Notes under the pieces: model-generated
The model's database searches: none
What the model was told of the DNA's origin: nothing
The model's input: the letters and a program-made list of their open reading frames with translations, nothing else
Part shown: one piece after another, positions 48,169-56,182 of the stretch
Numbering within the stretch: the first letter of the stretch is position 1
How the letters are laid out: each line of letters opens with the position of its first letter
Virus record (IMG/VR): IMGVR_UViG_3300010399_000007
DNA: 64,000 bases
DNA from: an uncultured virus (IMG/VR IMGVR_UViG_3300010399_000007)
Taxonomy: Duplodnaviria; Heunggongvirae; Uroviricota; Caudoviricetes
Reading direction: 5' to 3' (one strand)
Program-made: the position numbers and the translations under genes

Positions 48169-48696
48169 GTGATAGAACCTGCATGTCATTGCAACGACGT
48201 GGCTTGGGGTACGTGCCCGCAACACGGCGGCAAGAAGGGACCAATTCTCGGAGCGTCGCCTAGCTCGGAAACTCCTGCTTACACGTTCGATCCCAGCGGC
48301 ACGGGCCCGGTATCAAAGTCTGAAGCGTTGGAGTTGTCGGCTGGCGGCACCAGGGAGCTAAAGTTTATGGCAGGTGGCTATGCGCTACCGGAAAGCATCC
48401 TGCAGGAAGCGCATAGGCTCACGCACGGCGACAGGCAGAAAGCCTACGGTCATCCGCTCGACGACTACACGCGCACCGCGGCGATGGTGAGCGCAATGCT
48501 GGCACACAAGCTCAAAGAGCCACTGGCGCCACACGAGATGGCGCTCGTGATGGTGTGCGTAAAGCTCTCGCGTCAGATCAACGCGCCGAAGCGAGACAAC
48601 ATGGTCGACGGAGCGGGCTACTGTTGGGTTTCGCAAGAATGCCTTGACGAAGCTACGAAGAGAAGTTCTAACCACAAAGGAGACATTGCACAATGA
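48169..48696 (+). CDS. DUF6378-like protein with N-terminal extension resembling one tail-fibre repeat
   Basis: ILQEA..L..GDRQ..YG.P...KLSR....PKRDN.VD.AGY. Confidence 0.75.
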   Translation: MIEPACHCNDVAWGTCPQHGGKKGPILGASPSSETPAYTFDPSGTGPVSKSEALELSAGGTRELKFMAGGYALPESILQEAHRLTHGDRQKAYGHPLDDYTRTAAMVSAMLAHKLKEPLAPHEMALVMVCVKLSRQINAPKRDNMVDGAGYCWVSQECLDEATKRSSNHKGDIAQ

Positions 48697-49106
48697 CGAT
48701 TGAATCAAACCTTGAGCGTATTGCGAACTCACTAGAGCGCTTCGTGGCTCTCGCCGAGGGTCGCGTAGCTCCCGCACAGTCGACGGACGCGACTGTCATT
48801 CCGACCGATCCGAAGCCGGAGAAGAAGACGCGTAAACCGGCAGCAGAGAAACCGGCGCCCGAGCCGACGCCGGAGCCTGAAAAGGATGACTTCCTCAGCG
48901 ACGATTCGCCAGAAGAAGTGACCGTCACGAAGGAGCAGGTTATCGAAGCGCTCACCGCGTACGGTGAGGCCGCCGGCAGCACTGACAAGGCGCGCGAGCT
49001 GATGGCCAAGATCGGCGGCGCGAAGAAGATCGGCGAGCTGGTGAAAGAGAAGTACGCCGACGTCTTCAAGGCGGCCAACGAGGCCGCCGCGAAACTGAAG
49101 AAGTAA
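48693..49106 (+). CDS. Acidic/Pro-rich replication-module protein
   Basis: IE..LERIA.SLE N-terminus and T.EQV..AL...G.KK..EL.. C-terminus, a type commonly found before DUF2800. Confidence 0.6.
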   Translation: MTIESNLERIANSLERFVALAEGRVAPAQSTDATVIPTDPKPEKKTRKPAAEKPAPEPTPEPEKDDFLSDDSPEEVTVTKEQVIEALTAYGEAAGSTDKARELMAKIGGAKKIGELVKEKYADVFKAANEAAAKLKK

Positions 49107-49126
49107 TCAACTCGGTATCCAGTCTG

Positions 49127-49157
49127 AGGCGGGCGCTGTGGTGGCGCCCGCCTTTAA
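49127..49157 (+). terminator. GC-rich hairpin, possible weak terminator
   Basis: AGGCGGGCGC-loop-GCGCCCGCCT then TTAA. Confidence 0.45.
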
Positions 49158-49168
49158 CGGGAGAAGCA

Positions 49169-49699
49169 ATGCGACACAGCGTCCGATGGTTTGTGGATCT
49201 TGGCCGACTCGGCCCTGAATTCAGCCGCGTTCTGATCGACGCGGGCAATTACTTAGACCGGTACATTCTTTACATTTTCGGCGCGACACTGCGCCTGCAC
49301 AAATTCTGGCGCGGCGATGACAATCGTGCGCCGCATGACCACCCTTGGTGGTTCATCACGTTCCCGTTAGTCAGTTACGTGGAGCGGTATTGGACTCCCT
49401 ACAGTGCAATCCACTTCAGCTCTGGTACTTACTCAAAGACTGTCATAGATGGCGTGGAGTTTACGGGAGACATAGACACAGGCTTCTACGCAACGCTCGA
49501 ATGGTACGAGCGCACGCGCACTGTCAAAGCGTGGCGCTTCCATTTCCGCCCGGCGAAGTTCCGACACATCGTTGTAGGGCGCGCGGATGGCAAGACCACG
49601 CCGTTCTGGACGTTCGTCATCAGCGGGCGCGTGAGCAACAGGCGTTGGGGCTTCTGGAAGACACCGGATCAATTCATACCGCACGAGGAGTGGAAATGA
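49169..49699 (+). CDS. Cupin-fold (cysteine-dioxygenase-like) phage protein with internal insertion
   Basis: LH.F..DD.RAPHDHPW.F...RPA.F.H.V...WT.V..G...WGF. Confidence 0.7.
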   Translation: MRHSVRWFVDLGRLGPEFSRVLIDAGNYLDRYILYIFGATLRLHKFWRGDDNRAPHDHPWWFITFPLVSYVERYWTPYSAIHFSSGTYSKTVIDGVEFTGDIDTGFYATLEWYERTRTVKAWRFHFRPAKFRHIVVGRADGKTTPFWTFVISGRVSNRRWGFWKTPDQFIPHEEWK

Positions 49700-49888
49700 A
49701 ATTTGTCGTCAATCTAGAAGTGCCAGAAGGCGTCACACCGGGCATGGCGGCTGACTACATCCGCAATGCCGTACGCTCTTGGAGCGGCGGCATGGACCCT
49801 GAGCACCCGCTGATGGGTAAAACGCACAGAGCCACTGTGCAACGCTACAAAGAACCGACGCGGCCTTTGCAGCCGGGATGCATCTAGC

Positions 49889-51166
49889 GTGAAGGTCGAC
49901 AAAAAGGCAAAGCGGATCATCGTCGAGGACGGCTTGCACTCGCCGCTCGGTCCGTCATCAGCAAAGCGATGGCTGAATTGTCCAGGCTCAGTGCGTGCCA
50001 CGGCCGGCATGCCGTCATCGAGCAGTGAGTACGCCGACGAGGGCACCGCTGCGCACGGACTCAGCGAGCACTGCCGTCTGCACAACGTGCGAGCGAAGAG
50101 GTTTCTGGGCTGGCGCATCGACGTCCTGCGCGGTGAGGACAAACGCACTTTCGAAGTGACGCAGGAGATGATCGACAGCGTTCAGGAATTCATCGATCGT
50201 TGCGAGGAAGTACCCGCGTCGATGGTGCTGGTGGAGCAACTCCTGCCGTTTGAAGAATACGTGCCCGGCGGCTTCGGCACGCTCGACGACGCGCGGCTGC
50301 GGCCGGGCATCGGCGTCATCACAGACTTCAAGCACGGCAAGGGCGTGCAGGTATACGCGGAAGAGAATGAACAGCTTATGTGTCAGGCACTCTCGGTGTA
50401 CTTGAAGTGGGACTGGCTCTTCGAGTTCAAGGAGTTCGTGCTACGTATCAGCCAGCCGCGCCTCGATCACTTCGACGACTGGACAATCAGCGTTGAACGG
50501 TTGCTGGATTGGTCGCTAAACGTTCTATCTCGCGGTGCGGTGGCTACCACTTATCCCAACGCTTTATTTGCTGCAGGCTCTTGGTGCCAGTTCTGCAAGA
50601 TAAAGGGTGCGTGCGAGACGCGTACGCTTTGGGCGACATCACAGGTACTCCAAGTACCGCAGAGCGAGTTCGAGGACCTTGACGCTGCGATAGCAGCGGT
50701 GCAGGCGGCTCCATTGAAAGACGTGGGTACGGGCAATGACATGATGTCGAATGCGCAGCTTGCCAAAGCGCTCGGCGTGGTCGATCTCATCGCGGGCTGG
50801 TGCAAGGATGTCAAAGCGGTGGCAATGCGTTTTCTTCAGCAAGGATTTCCAGTTGGAGACTGGAAGCTCGTAGAGGGCCGCAGCAAACGGCAGTGGAACT
50901 TACCCGAGGAGAAGATTGCCGAAGTACTACAGGAAGAGGGCGGGCTGTCTGAAGATCAGGTGTACGAGAAGAAAATTCTAACGCCACCTAAGGCAGAGAA
51001 GCTCATCGGTAAAAAGCATCCGCTCATCACGAGTCCTGTGTATGTGAACAAGCCGCGCGGCAAGCCAAAGCTCGCGCCGGGCACCGACAAGCGTCCCGCG
51101 CTTAGTGTGGACGTGCTGCTGGAATTCGCCGATCTCGGCGAGGAAGAGGAGAAGGACGATGATTAG
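49889..51166 (+). CDS. Cas4-like PD-(D/E)xK exonuclease (DUF2800)
   Basis: HS.L.PSS..RW.NCPGS, EGT.AH, GFGT.D, DFKHGKG, WCQFC....AC, WKLVEGRS.R. Confidence 0.9.
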   Translation: MKVDKKAKRIIVEDGLHSPLGPSSAKRWLNCPGSVRATAGMPSSSSEYADEGTAAHGLSEHCRLHNVRAKRFLGWRIDVLRGEDKRTFEVTQEMIDSVQEFIDRCEEVPASMVLVEQLLPFEEYVPGGFGTLDDARLRPGIGVITDFKHGKGVQVYAEENEQLMCQALSVYLKWDWLFEFKEFVLRISQPRLDHFDDWTISVERLLDWSLNVLSRGAVATTYPNALFAAGSWCQFCKIKGACETRTLWATSQVLQVPQSEFEDLDAAIAAVQAAPLKDVGTGNDMMSNAQLAKALGVVDLIAGWCKDVKAVAMRFLQQGFPVGDWKLVEGRSKRQWNLPEEKIAEVLQEEGGLSEDQVYEKKILTPPKAEKLIGKKHPLITSPVYVNKPRGKPKLAPGTDKRPALSVDVLLEFADLGEEEEKDDD

Positions 51167-51407
51167 TGTGTTTCGCCACACCAAGTGCAAGGGCATAGTG
51201 TTCTTCTATGAGGGGCCGGTTGATCTGTCGAAGGGTCCAGTGCTTCGCTCCGAAAAGGCTATTTACCCGGATGGCGTTCGTCCGCAGCCTGCAACACGTC
51301 TCCGTGACTGTGAACACTGTGGTGAACGTCTTGATTTCGGATCGCAGCATCTCTACGTAGAGCCTGCTGCTTAATGCGTGTGTTTAACTAGTGAAAGGAG
51401 CAATCAA

Positions 51408-52055
51408 TTGCCAAAGTCAGTGACGAGTGAGCCGATTCCCCTGTATGCGCGACTTTCGTTCGCCCGCCTCTACTCCCCGAAGGCGTTTCAGCCCGGTCAA
51501 GATCCGCGCTTCGAAGCGACCTACCTGCTCGATCCTTCCGACGAGAAGGGCCTCACCAGTATTAAAGCTGTGCTGAAGACTGCCGCCGAAGTCGGCAAGC
51601 AGCAGCACGGCAAGGTGCCGTACGAGGTGAAGAAGCTGGCCGCGAAGTTCATTCCGGGGCAGAAGCTCGATCCGGCGAAGGACAAGCCGGACGGTATCAA
51701 GATCGCAATGGGCGACGGAGACGACAAGAGCTACGACGGCTACGCCGGCATGATGTACGTCGCGTGCCACAACAAGGTTCGGCCGACGGTGGTGAACCGT
51801 CGCCGCGAACCGGTGGCAGAAGGCGAGCCGGGGGCGCCGTACAGCGGGTGCTACGTGAACGCGAAGGTGACGCTCTGGGGGCAGGACAACAGCTATGGCA
51901 AGCGTGTGAACGCGAACCTGCGCTCTGTTCAGTTCGTCAAGGACGGCGCAGCGTTCGGTATTGCGCCGGTTGATGCCGACGATGAGTTCGAGGCGTTGGA
52001 GGATGAGGCTGGCAGCGACGGTGAAGCCAGCACGTCGTCGAGCGACTTCGACTAA
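51408..52055 (+). CDS. ssb: Single-stranded DNA-binding protein (DUF2815, gp2.5-like)
   Basis: RLSF..L, DGD.K.YDGY, YSGCYVNA, VQFVKDG..FG, acidic tail ending DFD; TTG start after AGGAG. Confidence 0.9.
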   Translation: MPKSVTSEPIPLYARLSFARLYSPKAFQPGQDPRFEATYLLDPSDEKGLTSIKAVLKTAAEVGKQQHGKVPYEVKKLAAKFIPGQKLDPAKDKPDGIKIAMGDGDDKSYDGYAGMMYVACHNKVRPTVVNRRREPVAEGEPGAPYSGCYVNAKVTLWGQDNSYGKRVNANLRSVQFVKDGAAFGIAPVDADDEFEALEDEAGSDGEASTSSSDFD

Positions 52056-52170
52056 ACCAAACAGACGACGCGGCGTTTGATAGGGGCGATTTCCTCAGAT
52101 TCTAACGCAACAGAGTCTGCTGCCTTACAGACGCCGCGCCGTTTCCTCAAGTCAAACAGGAGAATGCAAC

Positions 52171-52380
52171 ATGACTGATGTAACGAAAATTGGAAGTGCC
52201 AACGCTGCGCAGCAGGCGATTGCCCGTGCCAAGGCGGAGATCGCTGATGAGAATCTGCAGAAGGGCGTTGCGAAGTTGAAGACGAAGTACCGCGAGCTGA
52301 CGGCCGCGAAGACCGTGGTGGCCAACATCGAACGTGAGGTCGCCGATCTCGAACAGGCGGTTGAGCAAGGCAACATTTGA
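52171..52380 (+). CDS. Small coiled-coil protein
   Basis: AGGAG RBS after a long hairpin. Confidence 0.6.
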   Translation: MTDVTKIGSANAAQQAIARAKAEIADENLQKGVAKLKTKYRELTAAKTVVANIEREVADLEQAVEQGNI

Positions 52381-52934
52381 TGGACGCACGGTCGGTTCCG
52401 CGCATGCTGAGCCGGCCTGTAGGCGTCGAGTGGGCAGGTTGGAAGACCGACACTCGACGTCTGCAGTCTTGCGGCTGGCAACTGTCTGTGGAAGCTTGTG
52501 ACTACGGCCAACGATACCGGTTAGCGATGAAGCATCCGGAGATGCAGTTGTACGCGATCAGCAACTACACGCAGTTGCGCAACACGTATTTAAACGAGCC
52601 GTGGCACATGTCGGAAATTCCAGCTTTCATCGTCAAGCACGTCGTGTCTGATATCAAGGTGCATCAAATACTCGATGACCTGTCAGGCTTCGAACCGATC
52701 GACGCACGACAGCAGTACGTCGACACGCCGATACGTGGCATTGAAGACTTCAATATCTTCGCACCGATCGCCAAGTTTGAGCAGGTGCTGGTGGATAAAG
52801 CCGACATGTCAGTCGTCGATCATCTCGAAGCAATAAAGAAGCTGCAATCGAATACGCAACGCGAACTGCGCGAGAAAGAGCGGGCACGGCCAAAGCTGAT
52901 CGCCCAACTGGTGTCTTACGAGGAGGTTGCATGA
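52380..52934 (+). CDS. Conserved hypothetical protein
   Basis: WAGW.TDT.RLQ..GWQLS motif. Confidence 0.6.
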   Translation: MDARSVPRMLSRPVGVEWAGWKTDTRRLQSCGWQLSVEACDYGQRYRLAMKHPEMQLYAISNYTQLRNTYLNEPWHMSEIPAFIVKHVVSDIKVHQILDDLSGFEPIDARQQYVDTPIRGIEDFNIFAPIAKFEQVLVDKADMSVVDHLEAIKKLQSNTQRELREKERARPKLIAQLVSYEEVA

Positions 52935-53317
52935 CCTCAAAAACTGAAAGTCTCGATTTCATTGTGGCGCTGAAGATCGCCGAAGGCGTCTTCGAGCAGT
53001 ACCGAAAGGACTGGCCGTCGTACTGGCGGAAGATGGACGGCACGCCAATCCTGAACGACGTAGCCGTGCGCATGGCGGAAGCGTTCGCGAAGGACGCACG
53101 CTCACGTGGCGAGACGGAATGTGCCCATTGTCGCGAGGTGTTCGAAATATACGCCGGCATGGATGGATTCCGACCGGAGACAGCGCCCGAGGGATACCAG
53201 CAGCGAATCATCGAACAGATGCGTGATGCGGCTCTGAAGGGGCTGAAAGCCACAACACCTCGCGGTTTTCTCGGATCGACGCCAGACGGCGGGATCGATG
53301 ACGCGGATCGTACGTGA
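52931..53317 (+). CDS. Hypothetical protein
   Basis: AGGAGG RBS, coupled to neighbours; C-terminal ATTPRGFLGSTPDG. Confidence 0.55.
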   Translation: MTSKTESLDFIVALKIAEGVFEQYRKDWPSYWRKMDGTPILNDVAVRMAEAFAKDARSRGETECAHCREVFEIYAGMDGFRPETAPEGYQQRIIEQMRDAALKGLKATTPRGFLGSTPDGGIDDADRT

Positions 53318-55515
53318 CAGTACTGCACCTCGACATTGAGACGCGTAGTCGCGCGGACCTAAAAGCCAAGGGTCTGTACAACTACGCGCAGCATAAAAGC
53401 ACACAGCTCATGTGTGCGCAGTTCGCGTTCGACGATGAGCCTGTGCAGCTCTGGGTGCCGGTGCTGGAGATTGAATTGTGCGCGTCGGTGTTCATTCACT
53501 TCCGCCTGAAGCGCCCGAACACCGTCGTACACTTCGGCAAGCGTCCACCTACGCGGATGAAGATGCACATCGTGATGGGCGGCGAGGTCCGCGCACACAA
53601 CGCAGCCTTCGAACGAAACGTGCTTAACGGTCCCGCCGGGGAAGAGGTTGAGTTCCCCAAGCTGATGATCGCGCAGATGGTTTGCACGATGGCGAAAGCC
53701 GCTGCGCACGGTCTGCCGCACGCGTTGGAGCATCTCGCCAAAGCACTCGACACTCATAAGAAAGACGAAGCTGGCGCCAGCTCGATGCGGTACCTGTGCA
53801 AGCCGCGCTCCTCCGGCAAGCTCAAAGGCACGTTCGCGATGCCCGACGAGGAGCCGCTGAAATACGCGGAGATGTACTCGTATGGCATCGATGACGTGGA
53901 AGCGGAACGCGCTGCTGACCGTGTCGTGCCTGATCTCTCGCCTAACGAGCAGCTCGTATATCAGCTCGATCAGCGGATGAACGATCGCGGTTGGGCAGTC
54001 GACCTCGAAGCGAATGGCGATCTGATGTTTGTTCGCGATCAGTACAAGGCAGAGCTGAAAGCGCTCTGCCGCAAGTGGACCGGCGTGTCACCGTCGCAGA
54101 CCGGGGCGCTGGCGGACTGGGTTCGCAAACACGGATATGCGACCCTGGAAAATCTCCAGGTGGAGACCGTTAACAAGGCAGTGAAAGACCCTGTCTGCCC
54201 CGACGAAGTGAAGCGCGTGCTGCGGCTCTTCTCCACCTACAACATGAAGGCTGTGGCGAAGTACGACGCCATTGGACGCGCAGTGTGCGACGACGGTCGC
54301 CTGCACGGCATGTTCTACTACCATGGCGCGAACACGGGTCGCTGGTCCTCCAAGATCGTGCAGTTGCAGAATCTGTATCGGCCGAAGATAGAGGACGCCG
54401 GTACTGCCATACGCCTGTGTAGGCGTCGTGACGAAGCGCTGAAAGCAATGCGCTGGCTATACGACGGGTTGGACCCGATGAAAGTCCTCGGCTCGTGCGT
54501 GCGCGGCGTGCTCGTGTCCGCGCCCGGCAGAGACCTTCTGTTCCCCGACTACGCAGGCATTGAGTCTCGCGTCAATGCGTGGCTCTGGAATGAAGAGTGG
54601 AAGCTACGCGCATTCGAAGCGTATGATGCAGGCACCGGCCCTGACTTGTACAAGGTCGCGTACTCCCGCGCGTTCGGCATTCCAATAGACCAAGTCACGA
54701 AGGCACAGCGCCAAGTCGGCAAGGTCATGGAGCTGGCACTTGGCTACGAAGGCGGTGTTGCTGCGTTTGTGAAGATGGTGTCAACGTATGGCATCGATCT
54801 GCAGGAGCTGACCGAAGCAGCTTGGCCAACACTGCCGGAAGCTGAGAAAGCTGCGGCGATTCGCTGGCTTGAGGAGTCAAAGCGTCGCAAACAGACGTAC
54901 GATCTGATCGATGAGCAGTTCATTGCGTGCGACGTTCTGAAGCGGCTGTGGCGTGACTCGAATCCGCGAATTAAGGCAGGTTGGGCACAGCTTAAAGAAG
55001 TGTCGCTTGAAGCAGTGAAGAATCCCGGTCGCGTATACAAGGCGGCTGGCGGCAAGCTGATGTTCAAGGTGGTCACTGAAAATGGCCATCAGTGGCTGGT
55101 AATGCGCCTCCCTGGCGGGCGTCGGCTGTGGTACTACAAGCCGTTCGTAAAGACGATCGTCAAGAAGCGGAAGTGGCCTGATGGCCGGGTCACCGAAGAG
55201 ACCGAGCAGCAGTTGCGCTTCTACGGCACCGACACGTACACGCGCAAGTGGGGCATCACTTCCACCTACGGCGGCAAGCTCGACGAGAACGCGGTGCAGG
55301 CGATCTCGCGAGACCTGCTAGTGGCCGCGAAGTTCAAATTGGAGCGCGCTGGCTACGATCTCATCGGTTCGGTCCACGATGAGCCCATCATGGAGATTGA
55401 CGAAGGGTGGGGCTCACTAGATGAAGCGAGCGCGCTCATGTGTGATAAGCCTTTGTGGGCTGCAGGATTGCCTATTGCGGTTGAAGGACACAGAGCGAAG
55501 AGGTATCGAAAGTGA
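53314..55515 (+). CDS. polA: Family A DNA polymerase with 3'-5' exonuclease
   Basis: Exo LDIET, AHNA.FE, Y..DDV; TGRW, QLQNL, motif A DYAGIE.R, motif B RQVGKVMELALGY, ENAVQ, motif C VHDE. Confidence 0.95.
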   Translation: MTVLHLDIETRSRADLKAKGLYNYAQHKSTQLMCAQFAFDDEPVQLWVPVLEIELCASVFIHFRLKRPNTVVHFGKRPPTRMKMHIVMGGEVRAHNAAFERNVLNGPAGEEVEFPKLMIAQMVCTMAKAAAHGLPHALEHLAKALDTHKKDEAGASSMRYLCKPRSSGKLKGTFAMPDEEPLKYAEMYSYGIDDVEAERAADRVVPDLSPNEQLVYQLDQRMNDRGWAVDLEANGDLMFVRDQYKAELKALCRKWTGVSPSQTGALADWVRKHGYATLENLQVETVNKAVKDPVCPDEVKRVLRLFSTYNMKAVAKYDAIGRAVCDDGRLHGMFYYHGANTGRWSSKIVQLQNLYRPKIEDAGTAIRLCRRRDEALKAMRWLYDGLDPMKVLGSCVRGVLVSAPGRDLLFPDYAGIESRVNAWLWNEEWKLRAFEAYDAGTGPDLYKVAYSRAFGIPIDQVTKAQRQVGKVMELALGYEGGVAAFVKMVSTYGIDLQELTEAAWPTLPEAEKAAAIRWLEESKRRKQTYDLIDEQFIACDVLKRLWRDSNPRIKAGWAQLKEVSLEAVKNPGRVYKAAGGKLMFKVVTENGHQWLVMRLPGGRRLWYYKPFVKTIVKKRKWPDGRVTEETEQQLRFYGTDTYTRKWGITSTYGGKLDENAVQAISRDLLVAAKFKLERAGYDLIGSVHDEPIMEIDEGWGSLDEASALMCDKPLWAAGLPIAVEGHRAKRYRK

Positions 55516-55841
55516 CACACTGGTACAGGTATGACGACTGCGCCACTGGCGGAGGAATCGACGTAAGACTCTCCGAGATTCCGGTAGTGAAGGAGACTCC
55601 AAAAGGCGTTTGGTTGTATGCCGCGCGCCCCGGAAGTGGTCGCTTCGTTTTGCGTGGATCCCGCAAGCGGTGGGCGTGCCCGACCATCGGAGAAGCGAAA
55701 GAGTCATTCCTGGCTCGTAAGCGCAGGCAGGTGAAACTTTTGCGCGGGCAACTGCAGCAGGCAGAAGCCGCACTATCTATCGCAGAAGGCGACAAAGTGC
55801 CTCCAGTGCCATACGCCGCGCTAGTAGAGTTCGATTTTTGA
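55512..55841 (+). CDS. Conserved hypothetical protein
   Basis: VVKETPKGVW...RFV....KRWA.PT..EA.ESF.ARK.RQ. Confidence 0.6.
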   Translation: MTHWYRYDDCATGGGIDVRLSEIPVVKETPKGVWLYAARPGSGRFVLRGSRKRWACPTIGEAKESFLARKRRQVKLLRGQLQQAEAALSIAEGDKVPPVPYAALVEFDF

Positions 55842-56182
55842 AAGGCGCATTCGAAGAAGGCGCGCCCGAGGCAAAGCCGGAGCAACGCCGCGAACGAGCG
55901 GTGGAGGGGCCGTGCAAAGAAATGGCGCGCAAGGACGGTTGGTTTGTGCGAAAGCATCGCACGCCAGGACACAACGGCGCCCCGGATGACTACTTCGCGA
56001 AGAACGGCCGCGTCTTCTGGGTGGAATTCAAGAAGCCCGGCGAAGAGCCGGACCCGGACCAGCTTGCATGTCACGCAGAGATGCGCGCCGCCGGGCTGAC
56101 GGTGTACGTATGCGACAACAAAAAGCACTTTCAATGGATTCTTACTTGCGAAAACGGCATAGCTGATGCTTGGGCGCGATAA
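55838..56182 (+). CDS. VRR-NUC endonuclease/resolvase
   Basis: E..VE, G.PD, FWVEFK.PG....Q...H. Confidence 0.85.
   Translation: MKGAFEEGAPEAKPEQRRERAVEGPCKEMARKDGWFVRKHRTPGHNGAPDDYFAKNGRVFWVEFKKPGEEPDPDQLACHAEMRAAGLTVYVCDNKKHFQWILTCENGIADAWAR

Noticed and set aside
5350..49507. Tail-fibre-like copies as template repeats of a diversity-generating retroelement
   Set aside because: No reverse transcriptase seen; copies are short and differ at non-adenine positions, mostly synonymous sites.
49889..51166. Cas4-like gene as part of a CRISPR system
   Set aside because: No repeat-spacer array or other cas genes; it sits in the standard DUF2800-SSB-PolA-VRR-NUC-SNF2 replication module.
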